This document shows, in pieces, positions 1 through 8,305 of a DNA stretch of 64,000 nucleotides. Below the pieces are notes generated by a model. That model did no database searches, was not told where the DNA came from, and worked only from the letters and a program-made list of their open reading frames with translations. Made by a program: the position numbers and the translations under genes. The DNA comes from Candidatus Omnitrophota bacterium (GTDB lineage: Bacteria; Omnitrophota; Gorgyraeia; Duberdicusellales; 4484-171). The stretch is from contig JAHKAJ010000024.1 of the NCBI GenBank assembly GCA_018826075.1, positions 4,343 through 68,342 of the forward strand. Direction: 5' to 3'. Positions within the stretch are counted from its first letter, which is position 1. Each line of letters starts with the position of its first letter.

Positions 1-2160
1 ACCATTTCCAACATGAAGTCCTTGCTTTCTGAATCCGGACAGGTCCTGTTTGGCGATGAGCCAAATACGATCATGGTCATCGACCATCCGGAAAACATTA
101 ACAAAATCGCGGAATACATTGATATGGTTGATGTTGAACCCCAGCAAGTGCATATTGAAGCCCGGATCGTCGAAGTAAAACTTCAAGGAGAGAATGCGTT
201 AGGGATAGATTGGACTGCTTTCGCACAAAGCGGCGGCTTGAATTTTGGTAATTTCGATATGTATTCCGGTACTGCCAGCAGCGGTATTACAACTAATGGT
301 GTAATTAATTATAAAAGCACAGTTTATCCGCCGATATCCGGGACTACAACCGAGTCCCCTTTTAATCTTACCTTAGCCCAGAACAATATCAATGTGGTCA
401 TGAAGGCTTTAGCTAATACTTATGATAGCGATATTCTTTCAGCTCCTAGCGTGACTACGATCAACAATCATGAGGCTACGATCCAGATGAAGGATGTTTA
501 TCCCTGGGCTGAACCGGAAGTTTCTACCACTGATGCAGTCAGTCAGGTCAGCTGGTCAGTTAATTTTGAGGAAACCGGTATCATGCTTAAAGTTACCCCG
601 ACTATCAGCGAAAATGGAAAAATTGTCCTTGATCTTCAGCCGGAAGTCAGCGAAAAAACTGACGATTATGAAATTACTTTGCAGCCTACCGGAACTGACC
701 CTATTGTTTATACGATACCGATAGTAGCCACCCGTCAGGCAAAGACAAAAGTGGTGGTCGGCAGCGGCGAAACCTTGATCATTGGCGGATTGATTAAAAA
801 TAAGGAAATAGAAGGCGAGACTAAAATACCTTTTTTGGGTGATATTCCCTATATTGGGTACCTTTTTAAAAGCCAGAAAAAAACCCGAGATAAGACTGAA
901 CTGGTTATTTTTGTCTCACCAACGATAATCAACACTCCGGAACTGGCATATAGCGCTAAAATGGAAAAAAAGATCCGTGAAGATGTTGAAGGGAAAGTAT
1001 CTAAAATCGATATGGGTCCGATTAAAGAAGCGGCCCTGAAAGCAGCCGAAAAAGAAAAAGTCCAAGCCGAAAAGGAAGAGTTAGAAGCTGAGAAAGAAAC
1101 TGTCCAAGCTGAGACCGAAGAAGAGCTTTTAGATAAAAAAATAAATGCCTTATACTCTAAAGGAGTGAGGCTATATTTTAACCAGCAGTTTAGAAAATCC
1201 GAAGCAATGTTTAAGGAAATTTTACGTTATGATCCCGATCATAAAGGAGCTCTTAACTATTTAGAGAATAAGCTTCCTGGCAAGTTTCAGGAAGAAAGAG
1301 CTGAGAAGCCTGTTCAGCAAGAGGCAAAAAAACCTGAGCCGCAAGTTTATCAAAAGCCATGGGGCTTGCCTGAAAAAGCCGAACCAGTAAAAATCCAATC
1401 AGAAAGAATAGATATTCAGCAGGCAAAGGAAGCTCAGCAACAAGTCCTGAAAGAACAAGTTAAAAACCTCCAGATCCAGGAGGCAGCCGCTAAAAAAGCC
1501 GCGCAAGTTAAGGCTAAACAGCTTTACAGTTCAGCAGTGTCACTTTACCGCGATAAGCGCTACCAGGAAGCTTACGCTAAATTTCAGGAATTAGATTCTT
1601 TTAGCCCGGACTATGCCCGCAGCAGCTACTATCTGGTTAAAATACCGGAGCTGATTTCGGCTGCTGAAAATAAAAGAAAATCCGAACAAGAGTTAACAGT
1701 TAAAAGGGAAACCGAACTTAAAGCTAAACAGCTTTACAGTTCAGCAGTATCGCTTTATAAAGAAAAGCAGTATGAACGGGCTTACGCTGAATTTCAGAAG
1801 CTGGATAATTTGATGCCTGGATATCAGCGCACAGGAAGTTATTTGACCAGGATACCGGAGTTAATCCAACAACAGCAAAGTATTAAACGGGCGAAAGAAG
1901 CTCGGGAGAAGGAAGCGGCAATTAAAGGCCAGGTTAAGGATGCCTATCAAACCGCAATTTCGCTTTATAAGGCTAAAAGTTACCCGGCAGCCTACGATAA
2001 GTTTTCGCAAGTCCAAAGTCTTATTCCCGGTTATCGAGAAACTGCCTACTATCTAAATAAGATCCCTAAGCTATTGGAAAAAAAACGTAAAGATGATGAG
2101 GCTCGTTTTGAAAAAGACCGTGGTCAGGCAATAAAAGACATGCTGAATGCTTGTGAGTGA
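1..2160 (+). CDS. pilQ: Secretin (PilQ/GspD family), 5'-partial (reading frame open to window edge); secretin C-domain followed by ~450-aa extension with coiled-coil and four ~65-aa repeats
   Basis: Translation contains the canonical secretin C-domain (…VVVGSGETLIIGGLIKN…IPFLGDIPYIGYLFKSQKKTRDKTELVIFVSPTII). Upstream there is an N3-like segment (QVHIEARIVEV…LGIDW). Frame 1 has no stop back to position 1, so the 5' end is outside the window. Confidence 0.8.
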   Translation, partial: TISNMKSLLSESGQVLFGDEPNTIMVIDHPENINKIAEYIDMVDVEPQQVHIEARIVEVKLQGENALGIDWTAFAQSGGLNFGNFDMYSGTASSGITTNGVINYKSTVYPPISGTTTESPFNLTLAQNNINVVMKALANTYDSDILSAPSVTTINNHEATIQMKDVYPWAEPEVSTTDAVSQVSWSVNFEETGIMLKVTPTISENGKIVLDLQPEVSEKTDDYEITLQPTGTDPIVYTIPIVATRQAKTKVVVGSGETLIIGGLIKNKEIEGETKIPFLGDIPYIGYLFKSQKKTRDKTELVIFVSPTIINTPELAYSAKMEKKIREDVEGKVSKIDMGPIKEAALKAAEKEKVQAEKEELEAEKETVQAETEEELLDKKINALYSKGVRLYFNQQFRKSEAMFKEILRYDPDHKGALNYLENKLPGKFQEERAEKPVQQEAKKPEPQVYQKPWGLPEKAEPVKIQSERIDIQQAKEAQQQVLKEQVKNLQIQEAAAKKAAQVKAKQLYSSAVSLYRDKRYQEAYAKFQELDSFSPDYARSSYYLVKIPELISAAENKRKSEQELTVKRETELKAKQLYSSAVSLYKEKQYERAYAEFQKLDNLMPGYQRTGSYLTRIPELIQQQQSIKRAKEAREKEAAIKGQVKDAYQTAISLYKAKSYPAAYDKFSQVQSLIPGYRETAYYLNKIPKLLEKKRKDDEARFEKDRGQAIKDMLNACE

Positions 2161-2172
2161 GGCTGAATAATT

Positions 2173-3888
2173 ATGCCAGAACCAACAATCGACCCCAAGC
2201 CCCAGGAAAAAGAAAATAAATCCCGCAAAAAGCTTGGCGAGATCCTTATTGAGCAGAAGGTGGTAACCGAGGATGTTTTGCGCCAGGCTTTATCCGATCA
2301 AAAAGTTACTCGCCAAAGACTAGGCGAAATTTTGATCGAACGCGGCTGGGTAAGAGCAGAGGATATCAATATCGCCTTGGCCCACCAGATGGAGATCGAG
2401 ACTGTAAGCCTGGCTGATTATGTGATTGATTCCCAGATCCTCTCGGTGATCATAGAGGAGGAAGCTCGTAAATATAAACTGATGCCTTTGTTCAAAGCTG
2501 GAAATGTTTTGTCAGTGGCCATGGCTAACCCTAACGATGTGGTGGCAATTGATCAATTAAGAAGGCAGACCAGTTTTCAAATAAAACCTTTGGCGGCAAC
2601 CGAGTCTGATATATTTTGGGCTATTGAGCAATACTACCAGTCTTCGGGAACAGTTGAAACTGTTTTAACCGGCATAGATATAGACAAACTTCAAAAAGGC
2701 GATTCTAAACAGGAAATGGCGATTTTAAAGCTGGTCAATATGCTGATAACTCATGCGGTTCACGAGAGGATCTCGGACATCCATATCGAACCGGAAAAAA
2801 ATACAGTAAATATCCGTTATCGTCTTGATGGTATGCTTCATAAACAATATGTTTTGCCGAAGGTTTTGCAAGGGGCAGTAACCTCGCGGATAAAGATTTT
2901 AGCTAATCTGGATATTTCCGAAAAACGTTTGCCGCAGGACGGAAGGATCAGGATGCGGGTCGAAGGCCGGGAGATAGATTTTCGAGTTTCAACTTGCCCG
3001 ACAGTTTCCGGCGAAAACACGGTTTTGCGGGTTTTGGATAAGACCGGTTTGACCTTGGGGCTGGAGGGATTAGGATTTCCTGGACGTGACCTGGAAAGAT
3101 TTAAGAAGATGTTTACTTCGCCATATGGGATAATCCTGGTAACCGGGCCGACTGGTTCAGGAAAAACCACCACTCTTTATTCGGTTTTACAACAGCTTAA
3201 TAAAGAAGATGTAAACGTTATGACTGTCGAGGATCCGGTTGAGTATCAGTTTCACGGTATGCGCCAGGTCAATGTCAATTCATCTATCGGCCTTACCTTT
3301 GCCGCGGCTTTGCGTAGTTTCCTGCGCCAGGATCCGGATATTGTCATGGTCGGTGAGATTCGTGATTTAGAAACTGCCGAAATCGCCGTTCAAGCGGCTT
3401 TGACCGGGCATTTAGTTTTGTCAACTCTTCATACCAACGATGCACCTTCGGCTTTCAGCCGGTTGGTTGAGATGGGGGTTGAGCCGTTTTTAGTCTCTAG
3501 TTCACTTCTGGGTGTATTAGCCCAAAGGTTAGTACGTAAAGTCTGCGATAAATGCCATGAAGAATATTCACCCGATGAAACAATGATCAAAGCTTTGCAT
3601 TTAGAGGGAAAAGTGGCTCCTGGTCAAAAGTTTTTTCGGGCCAAAATAAAGGGTTGTCCGGTTTGTAATGGCACTGGCTACAAGGGCCGGGTGGGAATTT
3701 ATGAACTTTTGGATAATACGCCGGGTATCCAGACCTTAGTCCTTAAACGTTCTCCGGCTAATGAGATCCGGGCAAAAGCCCTGACCGAAGGTTTGGTAAG
3801 TTTACGCGATGCAGCAATGGATAAATTTTTAGCCGGACTGATCACCGCTGAAGAAGTCTTCCGGGTAACCCAGGAAGTTGAAATTTAA
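2173..3888 (+). CDS. pilB: Type IV pilus assembly / type II secretion ATPase (PilB/GspE family)
   Basis: N-terminal GspII_E-like domain, Walker A GPTGSGKTTT, Asp box and His box. C-terminal tetracysteine motif CDKCH…CPVCNGTGY typical of PilB/GspE. Confidence 0.9.
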   Translation: MPEPTIDPKPQEKENKSRKKLGEILIEQKVVTEDVLRQALSDQKVTRQRLGEILIERGWVRAEDINIALAHQMEIETVSLADYVIDSQILSVIIEEEARKYKLMPLFKAGNVLSVAMANPNDVVAIDQLRRQTSFQIKPLAATESDIFWAIEQYYQSSGTVETVLTGIDIDKLQKGDSKQEMAILKLVNMLITHAVHERISDIHIEPEKNTVNIRYRLDGMLHKQYVLPKVLQGAVTSRIKILANLDISEKRLPQDGRIRMRVEGREIDFRVSTCPTVSGENTVLRVLDKTGLTLGLEGLGFPGRDLERFKKMFTSPYGIILVTGPTGSGKTTTLYSVLQQLNKEDVNVMTVEDPVEYQFHGMRQVNVNSSIGLTFAAALRSFLRQDPDIVMVGEIRDLETAEIAVQAALTGHLVLSTLHTNDAPSAFSRLVEMGVEPFLVSSSLLGVLAQRLVRKVCDKCHEEYSPDETMIKALHLEGKVAPGQKFFRAKIKGCPVCNGTGYKGRVGIYELLDNTPGIQTLVLKRSPANEIRAKALTEGLVSLRDAAMDKFLAGLITAEEVFRVTQEVEI

Positions 3889-3905
3889 AATAACGGTGTT
3901 ATAAT
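3878..3905 (+). promoter_or_regulatory. Sigma70-like promoter (TTGAAA-16nt-TATAAT) upstream of first pilin gene
   Basis: TTGAAA at 3878-3883 and TATAAT at 3900-3905 with a 16-nt spacer, followed by RBS AAAGGAGAG and ATG at 3924. Confidence 0.45.
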
Positions 3906-3923
3906 GAAATTCAAAGGAGAGAT

Positions 3924-4634
3924 ATGCTAAATTTTAGGTTAGGCCGGAAAAAAATCGCCTTTACTTTAATCGAACTCTCAGTGGTTATTGCTATAATCAC
4001 AGTTTTAGCCAGCATTTCTATTCCCAATGTCAATCGTTACCTGATGAAGTCTCGCGATGCCAAACGGATTTCCGATATCCAGGTTTTGAGCCTGGCAATC
4101 GAAAGCTTTTATGATGACCAGGGTCATTATCCGGGTTGGAACGATACGCTTACCCTTACCCCTAAACTTGGCGATAATGGCGAATGTGTAGGTGTAGTCG
4201 GCCGTACGGTAGGAACAGACCCTTGCGCTAGCAGTATTTCCGGAGGCACTAACCGGGTTGACGGCGCTTTAGATGTCTTACTTAAGCCTTATATCCAGGG
4301 TGCGATTCCCAGGGATCCTTCCTACGATAATCAGCCAAATAATTTTTATTACGGCTATGATCCGCATCACGAGTACGTTATCCCTACTGCCATTGCTTGG
4401 TCTGATACTTTTCCTACTGCGAATACTTCTTGCAGCGGCTTAATGTATCCGCATGCCGGTTGGCCGGGAGTGGCTAACAATACTACTGCTGTTTTGAGCA
4501 TCCGCCGTTTTGAGTCAGATACTATACATCGCCACCGGGATACTTGTCGCGGTGCTACCCTTTATATGGATACTTCTGATTATAACATTGCTTTTCCGAA
4601 TATTGGTTATGGGAGTGGATTGGGTAATCTATAA
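3924..4634 (+). CDS. Type IV pilin / pseudopilin (prepilin-type N-terminal cleavage/methylation domain), 236 aa, many N-x-S/T sequons
   Basis: N-terminus MLNFRLGRKKIA|FTLIELSVVIAIITVLASISIP is a class III prepilin signal with Glu+5 and a hydrophobic helix. Confidence 0.8.
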   Translation: MLNFRLGRKKIAFTLIELSVVIAIITVLASISIPNVNRYLMKSRDAKRISDIQVLSLAIESFYDDQGHYPGWNDTLTLTPKLGDNGECVGVVGRTVGTDPCASSISGGTNRVDGALDVLLKPYIQGAIPRDPSYDNQPNNFYYGYDPHHEYVIPTAIAWSDTFPTANTSCSGLMYPHAGWPGVANNTTAVLSIRRFESDTIHRHRDTCRGATLYMDTSDYNIAFPNIGYGSGLGNL

Positions 4635-4642
4635 AAAAAAAC

Positions 4643-4670
4643 TTGCATTTTTTTTAATTTTCGTTATACT
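4643..4670 (+). promoter_or_regulatory. Sigma70-like promoter (TTGCAT-16nt-TATACT) upstream of second pilin gene
   Basis: TTGCAT at 4643-4648 and TATACT at 4665-4670. A strong RBS AAAGGAGG lies 8 nt before the ATG at 4742. Confidence 0.45.
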
Positions 4671-4741
4671 TCTAATTAAGGAAGTTCTAAATAGATCGGG
4701 TGTTTTTTCGTTGTTTAAAATGTGAAAAGGAGGTGTGTGAG

Positions 4742-5299
4742 ATGAAAGGTTTTACACTTATTGAATTGATTGTAGTCATTGCAATCATTGCAATTTTAGC
4801 TGCAATCATTGCTCCCAATGCTTTTAAGGCCATTGAAAAGGCTAGCCGTTCAGCTGCCATCGGTGATTTCCGCACCATCAAGACAGCTTCTATGGCTTTT
4901 TATGCTGACACTGGAACTTGGCCGATCACGAATTGTGAAGAGGCGCTTTTAAAGAATCGGAATAATACTACAGTTTGTGCTGATGTTACTGGCGCTGGAG
5001 GTATTTCCGGTTGGGATGGCCCTTATGTTGAAATGTGGCCGTCAAAAACCCGTTGGGGCGGGGTTTACACTTATACCAACAACAACAATATAACTTGGAA
5101 TGCTAGTTATGCTGCTGGTGAGACGGCTGGAGCTTGCATTGGAAGGTATATTGCCATGAATGGTACCCCGTTTGATACCGAAAAGAAGCTGGATGAACAG
5201 ATCGACGGAACAGTTAACAATACAACTGGTCAATATCGTTGGAATGCTTCTAATATTTCATACATGTTGATTTCAGCTGATTGCACATTGCAGAATTAA
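4742..5299 (+). CDS. Type IV pilin (likely major pilin), 185 aa; start corrected from ORF-track 4700 to the Met preceding the prepilin signal
   Basis: MKG|FTLIELIVVIAIIAILAAIIAP is a canonical short-leader prepilin signal. The gene has a strong RBS, its own promoter and a strong terminator. The mature part is sequon-rich. Confidence 0.8.
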   Translation: MKGFTLIELIVVIAIIAILAAIIAPNAFKAIEKASRSAAIGDFRTIKTASMAFYADTGTWPITNCEEALLKNRNNTTVCADVTGAGGISGWDGPYVEMWPSKTRWGGVYTYTNNNNITWNASYAAGETAGACIGRYIAMNGTPFDTEKKLDEQIDGTVNNTTGQYRWNASNISYMLISADCTLQN

Positions 5300-5316
5300 T
5301 TTTTAGACTATTAAGT

Positions 5317-5362
5317 AAAACCCTCTCTTTTCAGAAATGAAAGAGAGGGTTTTCTTTTTTTA
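5317..5362 (+). terminator. Rho-independent terminator after pilin gene
   Basis: AAAACCCTCTCTTT-loop-AAGAGAGGGTTTT stem followed by CTTTTTTTT. Confidence 0.7.
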
Positions 5363-5455
5363 AGAGCTTTGGGCTTTAAGAAAAACAAAAATACGATTGA
5401 CGCAGCAATAAACTTTAGTATAATAATCTATGTAGATTTATTCCAAAACCAAACC

Positions 5456-6169
5456 ATGGAACACTTACTTACTTTAGAAGGTATTTACAAAAAATTTAAG
5501 AGGACCGAAGTGCTTAAAGGGGTTAACCTTAAAGTACGAAAGGGCGAGATCTACGGCCTTTTAGGTATCAACGGAGCCGGTAAAACTACGCTGATCCGTT
5601 CCATTCTAGGTTTATTGCGAATCGACCAGGGCCGCATTCTGTTTAAAGGAAATATCTGCCAACCTAAGGATATCCAGAAAAATTTTGGTTTTTTACCGGA
5701 AAATTTCCTGCCCCCGAAAAATCTTAAAGGCATAGAGTTTCTTAGGATTTTAGGTTCGGGCTTTAATCTAAAACTGGCTGATATCAAGTCGTTGCTGGAG
5801 TTGGTTGGTTTAACCAAGCATAGCCGTAAATATATTGGAGCGTACTCCCGTGGGATGATCCAGCGCTTAGGCTTAGCCACTTGCCTGCTTAAAGATCCTG
5901 AAGTGATCATTTTGGATGAACCGACCTTAGGTTTAGATCCTCTGGGCCAGAAGCAGGTTTTAAATATAATCGCTGATTTAAACCGGAGGGGGAAAACCGT
6001 ATTTTTTTCATCGCATATACTTTCCCAAGTCGAACAGCTTAAAGCCAGGATAGCGGTGATCAACTCAGGCACTATCGCTTTTGAATCGGGAGTCGATGAG
6101 ATCCTAAAAAAACACAAGGCTTCCAGTCTAGAGGAGGCCTTTCTTAAAGAGGTAGAAGGGCAGAAATGA
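5456..6169 (+). CDS. ABC transporter ATP-binding protein; start placed at MEHLLTLEG rather than ORF-track 5369
   Basis: Walker A GINGAGKTTL, ABC signature-like SRGMIQRLGLA, Walker B IILDEPTLGLD and an H-loop. Overlaps the downstream permease by 4 nt. Confidence 0.8.
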   Translation: MEHLLTLEGIYKKFKRTEVLKGVNLKVRKGEIYGLLGINGAGKTTLIRSILGLLRIDQGRILFKGNICQPKDIQKNFGFLPENFLPPKNLKGIEFLRILGSGFNLKLADIKSLLELVGLTKHSRKYIGAYSRGMIQRLGLATCLLKDPEVIILDEPTLGLDPLGQKQVLNIIADLNRRGKTVFFSSHILSQVEQLKARIAVINSGTIAFESGVDEILKKHKASSLEEAFLKEVEGQK

Positions 6170-6927
6170 GAAAATTTTTAGCAATTTCTTTTCTTAATTT
6201 TAAAGAAGCAGTGCGCGATAAATTTTTCCTGGGAGTGGTTTTTTTCTTTATTTTTTATCTTTTGTTCTGTATTTTTCTGGGAAAGCTTTCAGTCGGCCAC
6301 GCTGACAAGGTGATGCGGGATGCCGGCCTGGCCGGAATCGAACTTACTGCTATAATCCTGGTCATTTTTAGTTTTACTTTCAGTTTTTTTCGCGAGAAAG
6401 AAAACCGGATCTTAGAAGTTTACTTGACTGATTTTTCACCCGGTATTTGCGTCAGCGGCAAAATTTTCGGTTATGTCCTGCTTTGCGGGTTATACCTACT
6501 TTTGTCAGCAATTGCCTTCGGAGGGCTGCTTTATTTAAACCAGGCCTTTAATCTGGCCTCACTGGTTGCTCTATACCCTTTATTCTTAAAGATCGTGATT
6601 ATCATTTTTTTGGCTTCTTTGTTTTCCACCTTATTTTCTTCGGCAACCACTGCCCTTCTTTCATTGCTTTTTGTTTATGTCGGGGCAGAGCTTATTCCTT
6701 CGGCTTTAGCTATCGTGAAAGCTTACGGGGCTCCGGTCCAAAAAGTTTTTATTAAATTTATCTATCTTTTTTTTCCTAATATGGACAAACTGGACATTAA
6801 ATCCCTGGCAGTATATGGGAAACTTCCCGATTACCGGTTTTTCCTGGGAATCACCATTTATGCCCTGGTCTACTGTTTGTTTTTATGGTTAATAAACTTG
6901 CTCATTTTTCAGAAAAAGGAATATTAA
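6166..6927 (+). CDS. ABC-2 family transporter permease (6 predicted TM helices)
   Basis: Highly hydrophobic 253-aa protein translationally coupled to the ABC ATPase. No specific motifs were seen. Confidence 0.6.
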   Translation: MRKFLAISFLNFKEAVRDKFFLGVVFFFIFYLLFCIFLGKLSVGHADKVMRDAGLAGIELTAIILVIFSFTFSFFREKENRILEVYLTDFSPGICVSGKIFGYVLLCGLYLLLSAIAFGGLLYLNQAFNLASLVALYPLFLKIVIIIFLASLFSTLFSSATTALLSLLFVYVGAELIPSALAIVKAYGAPVQKVFIKFIYLFFPNMDKLDIKSLAVYGKLPDYRFFLGITIYALVYCLFLWLINLLIFQKKEY

Positions 6928-7796
6928 AATTTCTAGTTTTCCTGGCCTGCCTTTTAATTATTCCTTTTTTGTCCCTTCGATTGCAGACGGACACTGCGCT
7001 GCTTGGTGAGCGTCTGCTTTTTGTCCCCCCGCAAGAGTATCTAAGTAACATCCGGGGAGGTTTTCGCAACCTCTTGGCCGATGTTTATTATATCAAAGGC
7101 GTGCTTGCTGTCACTGATGAGTTTAATAGCCGCCAGGAAAGGATTTCCTGGACCCAACAAGTTTTCAAAGCGGCAGTGCTTCTGGATAAAGATATGCTTC
7201 AGGCCTATTTTTTTGCCGGTTCGGCTATTGTCAACAGCAAAGAAGAACTTAAACAGGGAAACGAATTCTTGATCCTGGGTTTGACCAACAGCCCTTCCTA
7301 TTGGCAGATCCCTTACTGGATCGGATTTAATTATTACCTTATCGGCGACAGCCTTAAAGCCGCCGAGTTTTACCGGTTGGCTTCCCAGCGGCCGGGAGCG
7401 CCTAATTTTTTAAAAAGCAACCAGGCGATGCTGTTTTATAAGGCCGGTGAACCGCGAATGGGCTTGATGTACTTGGAAGGTTTGCTGGAGTCAGTAAGCG
7501 ATCCTGAGCAGCTCAAATGGGTAAAGCTTAAAATCGAATGGCTTAAGAACATGATTGTTTTGCAGGATGCAGTCGAGTCGTTTAAGGATCGTTACAACCG
7601 CCTGCCGCAGGATTTGGAAGAACTAATCAGCCGACGGCTGATCTCAAGCGTCCCCAAAGACCCTTTTGGCGGCGGCTATTACCTGGATGATCAATCGGGA
7701 AAAATCAAAAGTTCTTTTGGGATGCCGACTAAGGTCAAAACCACTCCGGAAAAGCCGGCTGAATCCGGAGAAGGCTGTTCTAAATGCAAAAAATAA
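6885..7796 (+). CDS. Hypothetical membrane-anchored protein with TPR-like helical region, part of the pilus/ABC cluster
   Basis: N-terminal TM (ILKFLVFLACLLIIPFLSL) followed by an alpha-helical region. Overlaps the permease 3' end and the next pilin gene start. Confidence 0.4.
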   Translation: MVNKLAHFSEKGILKFLVFLACLLIIPFLSLRLQTDTALLGERLLFVPPQEYLSNIRGGFRNLLADVYYIKGVLAVTDEFNSRQERISWTQQVFKAAVLLDKDMLQAYFFAGSAIVNSKEELKQGNEFLILGLTNSPSYWQIPYWIGFNYYLIGDSLKAAEFYRLASQRPGAPNFLKSNQAMLFYKAGEPRMGLMYLEGLLESVSDPEQLKWVKLKIEWLKNMIVLQDAVESFKDRYNRLPQDLEELISRRLISSVPKDPFGGGYYLDDQSGKIKSSFGMPTKVKTTPEKPAESGEGCSKCKK

Positions 7797-8305
7797 TCAC
7801 CAATCGGCAAAAATCGGGGTTTACTCTAGTTGAATTTATCATGGTCATTGCGATCATCTCCATGATCTCAGTGACTATCGGAGTTTCCCCTTCCACACTT
7901 ACGCCCCGCAAGCTTGAAAACGAAGTCCAGAAAATAGTCGGTGATTTAAACTGGGCCCGGGCTATGGCCATTTCCACTGGCTATCATTACCGGATAGATT
8001 TTGACATCAACAACGATACAGTGGTCAGTAGCACCGACAATAATACCTATATAATCTATAAAGTCGATCCCGCAGATTTAGTCAACGGAACACCGGTCAA
8101 ACGCGGGGTGTTGAGGGTAGATGGTATCAATCTGACTCATTCTTCGCCAGCCGTACCGATATATTTATTTGAATTTATCAGCCCGCAAGGCGGTCTTAAC
8201 AGTACGGTTCTTGACCCTTTGACTATTCATCTGGAGCTAAGCGGCGCGGCAAGTAACATAACTGTCCGCAACTTAACCGGTTATATAAGCTGGGATCGTT
8301 TATGA
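7784..8305 (+). CDS. Minor pilin / pseudopilin (GspH/FimT-like), 173 aa
   Basis: MQKIITNRQKSG|FTLVEFIMVIAIISMISV prepilin signal. The size and position are typical of a GspH-type pseudopilin. Confidence 0.7.
   Translation: MQKIITNRQKSGFTLVEFIMVIAIISMISVTIGVSPSTLTPRKLENEVQKIVGDLNWARAMAISTGYHYRIDFDINNDTVVSSTDNNTYIIYKVDPADLVNGTPVKRGVLRVDGINLTHSSPAVPIYLFEFISPQGGLNSTVLDPLTIHLELSGAASNITVRNLTGYISWDRL

Noticed and set aside
4510-4725. 71-aa hydrophobic ORF overlapping the end of the first pilin gene and the pilin-2 promoter
   Set aside because: It arises from an AT-rich intergenic or promoter region. Its frame overlaps a better CDS and it has no RBS.
5551-6117. 188-aa ORF on the minus strand antisense to the ABC ATPase gene
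   Set aside because: It lies entirely within a well-supported plus-strand CDS and has no motifs. Its composition is typical of an antisense shadow ORF.
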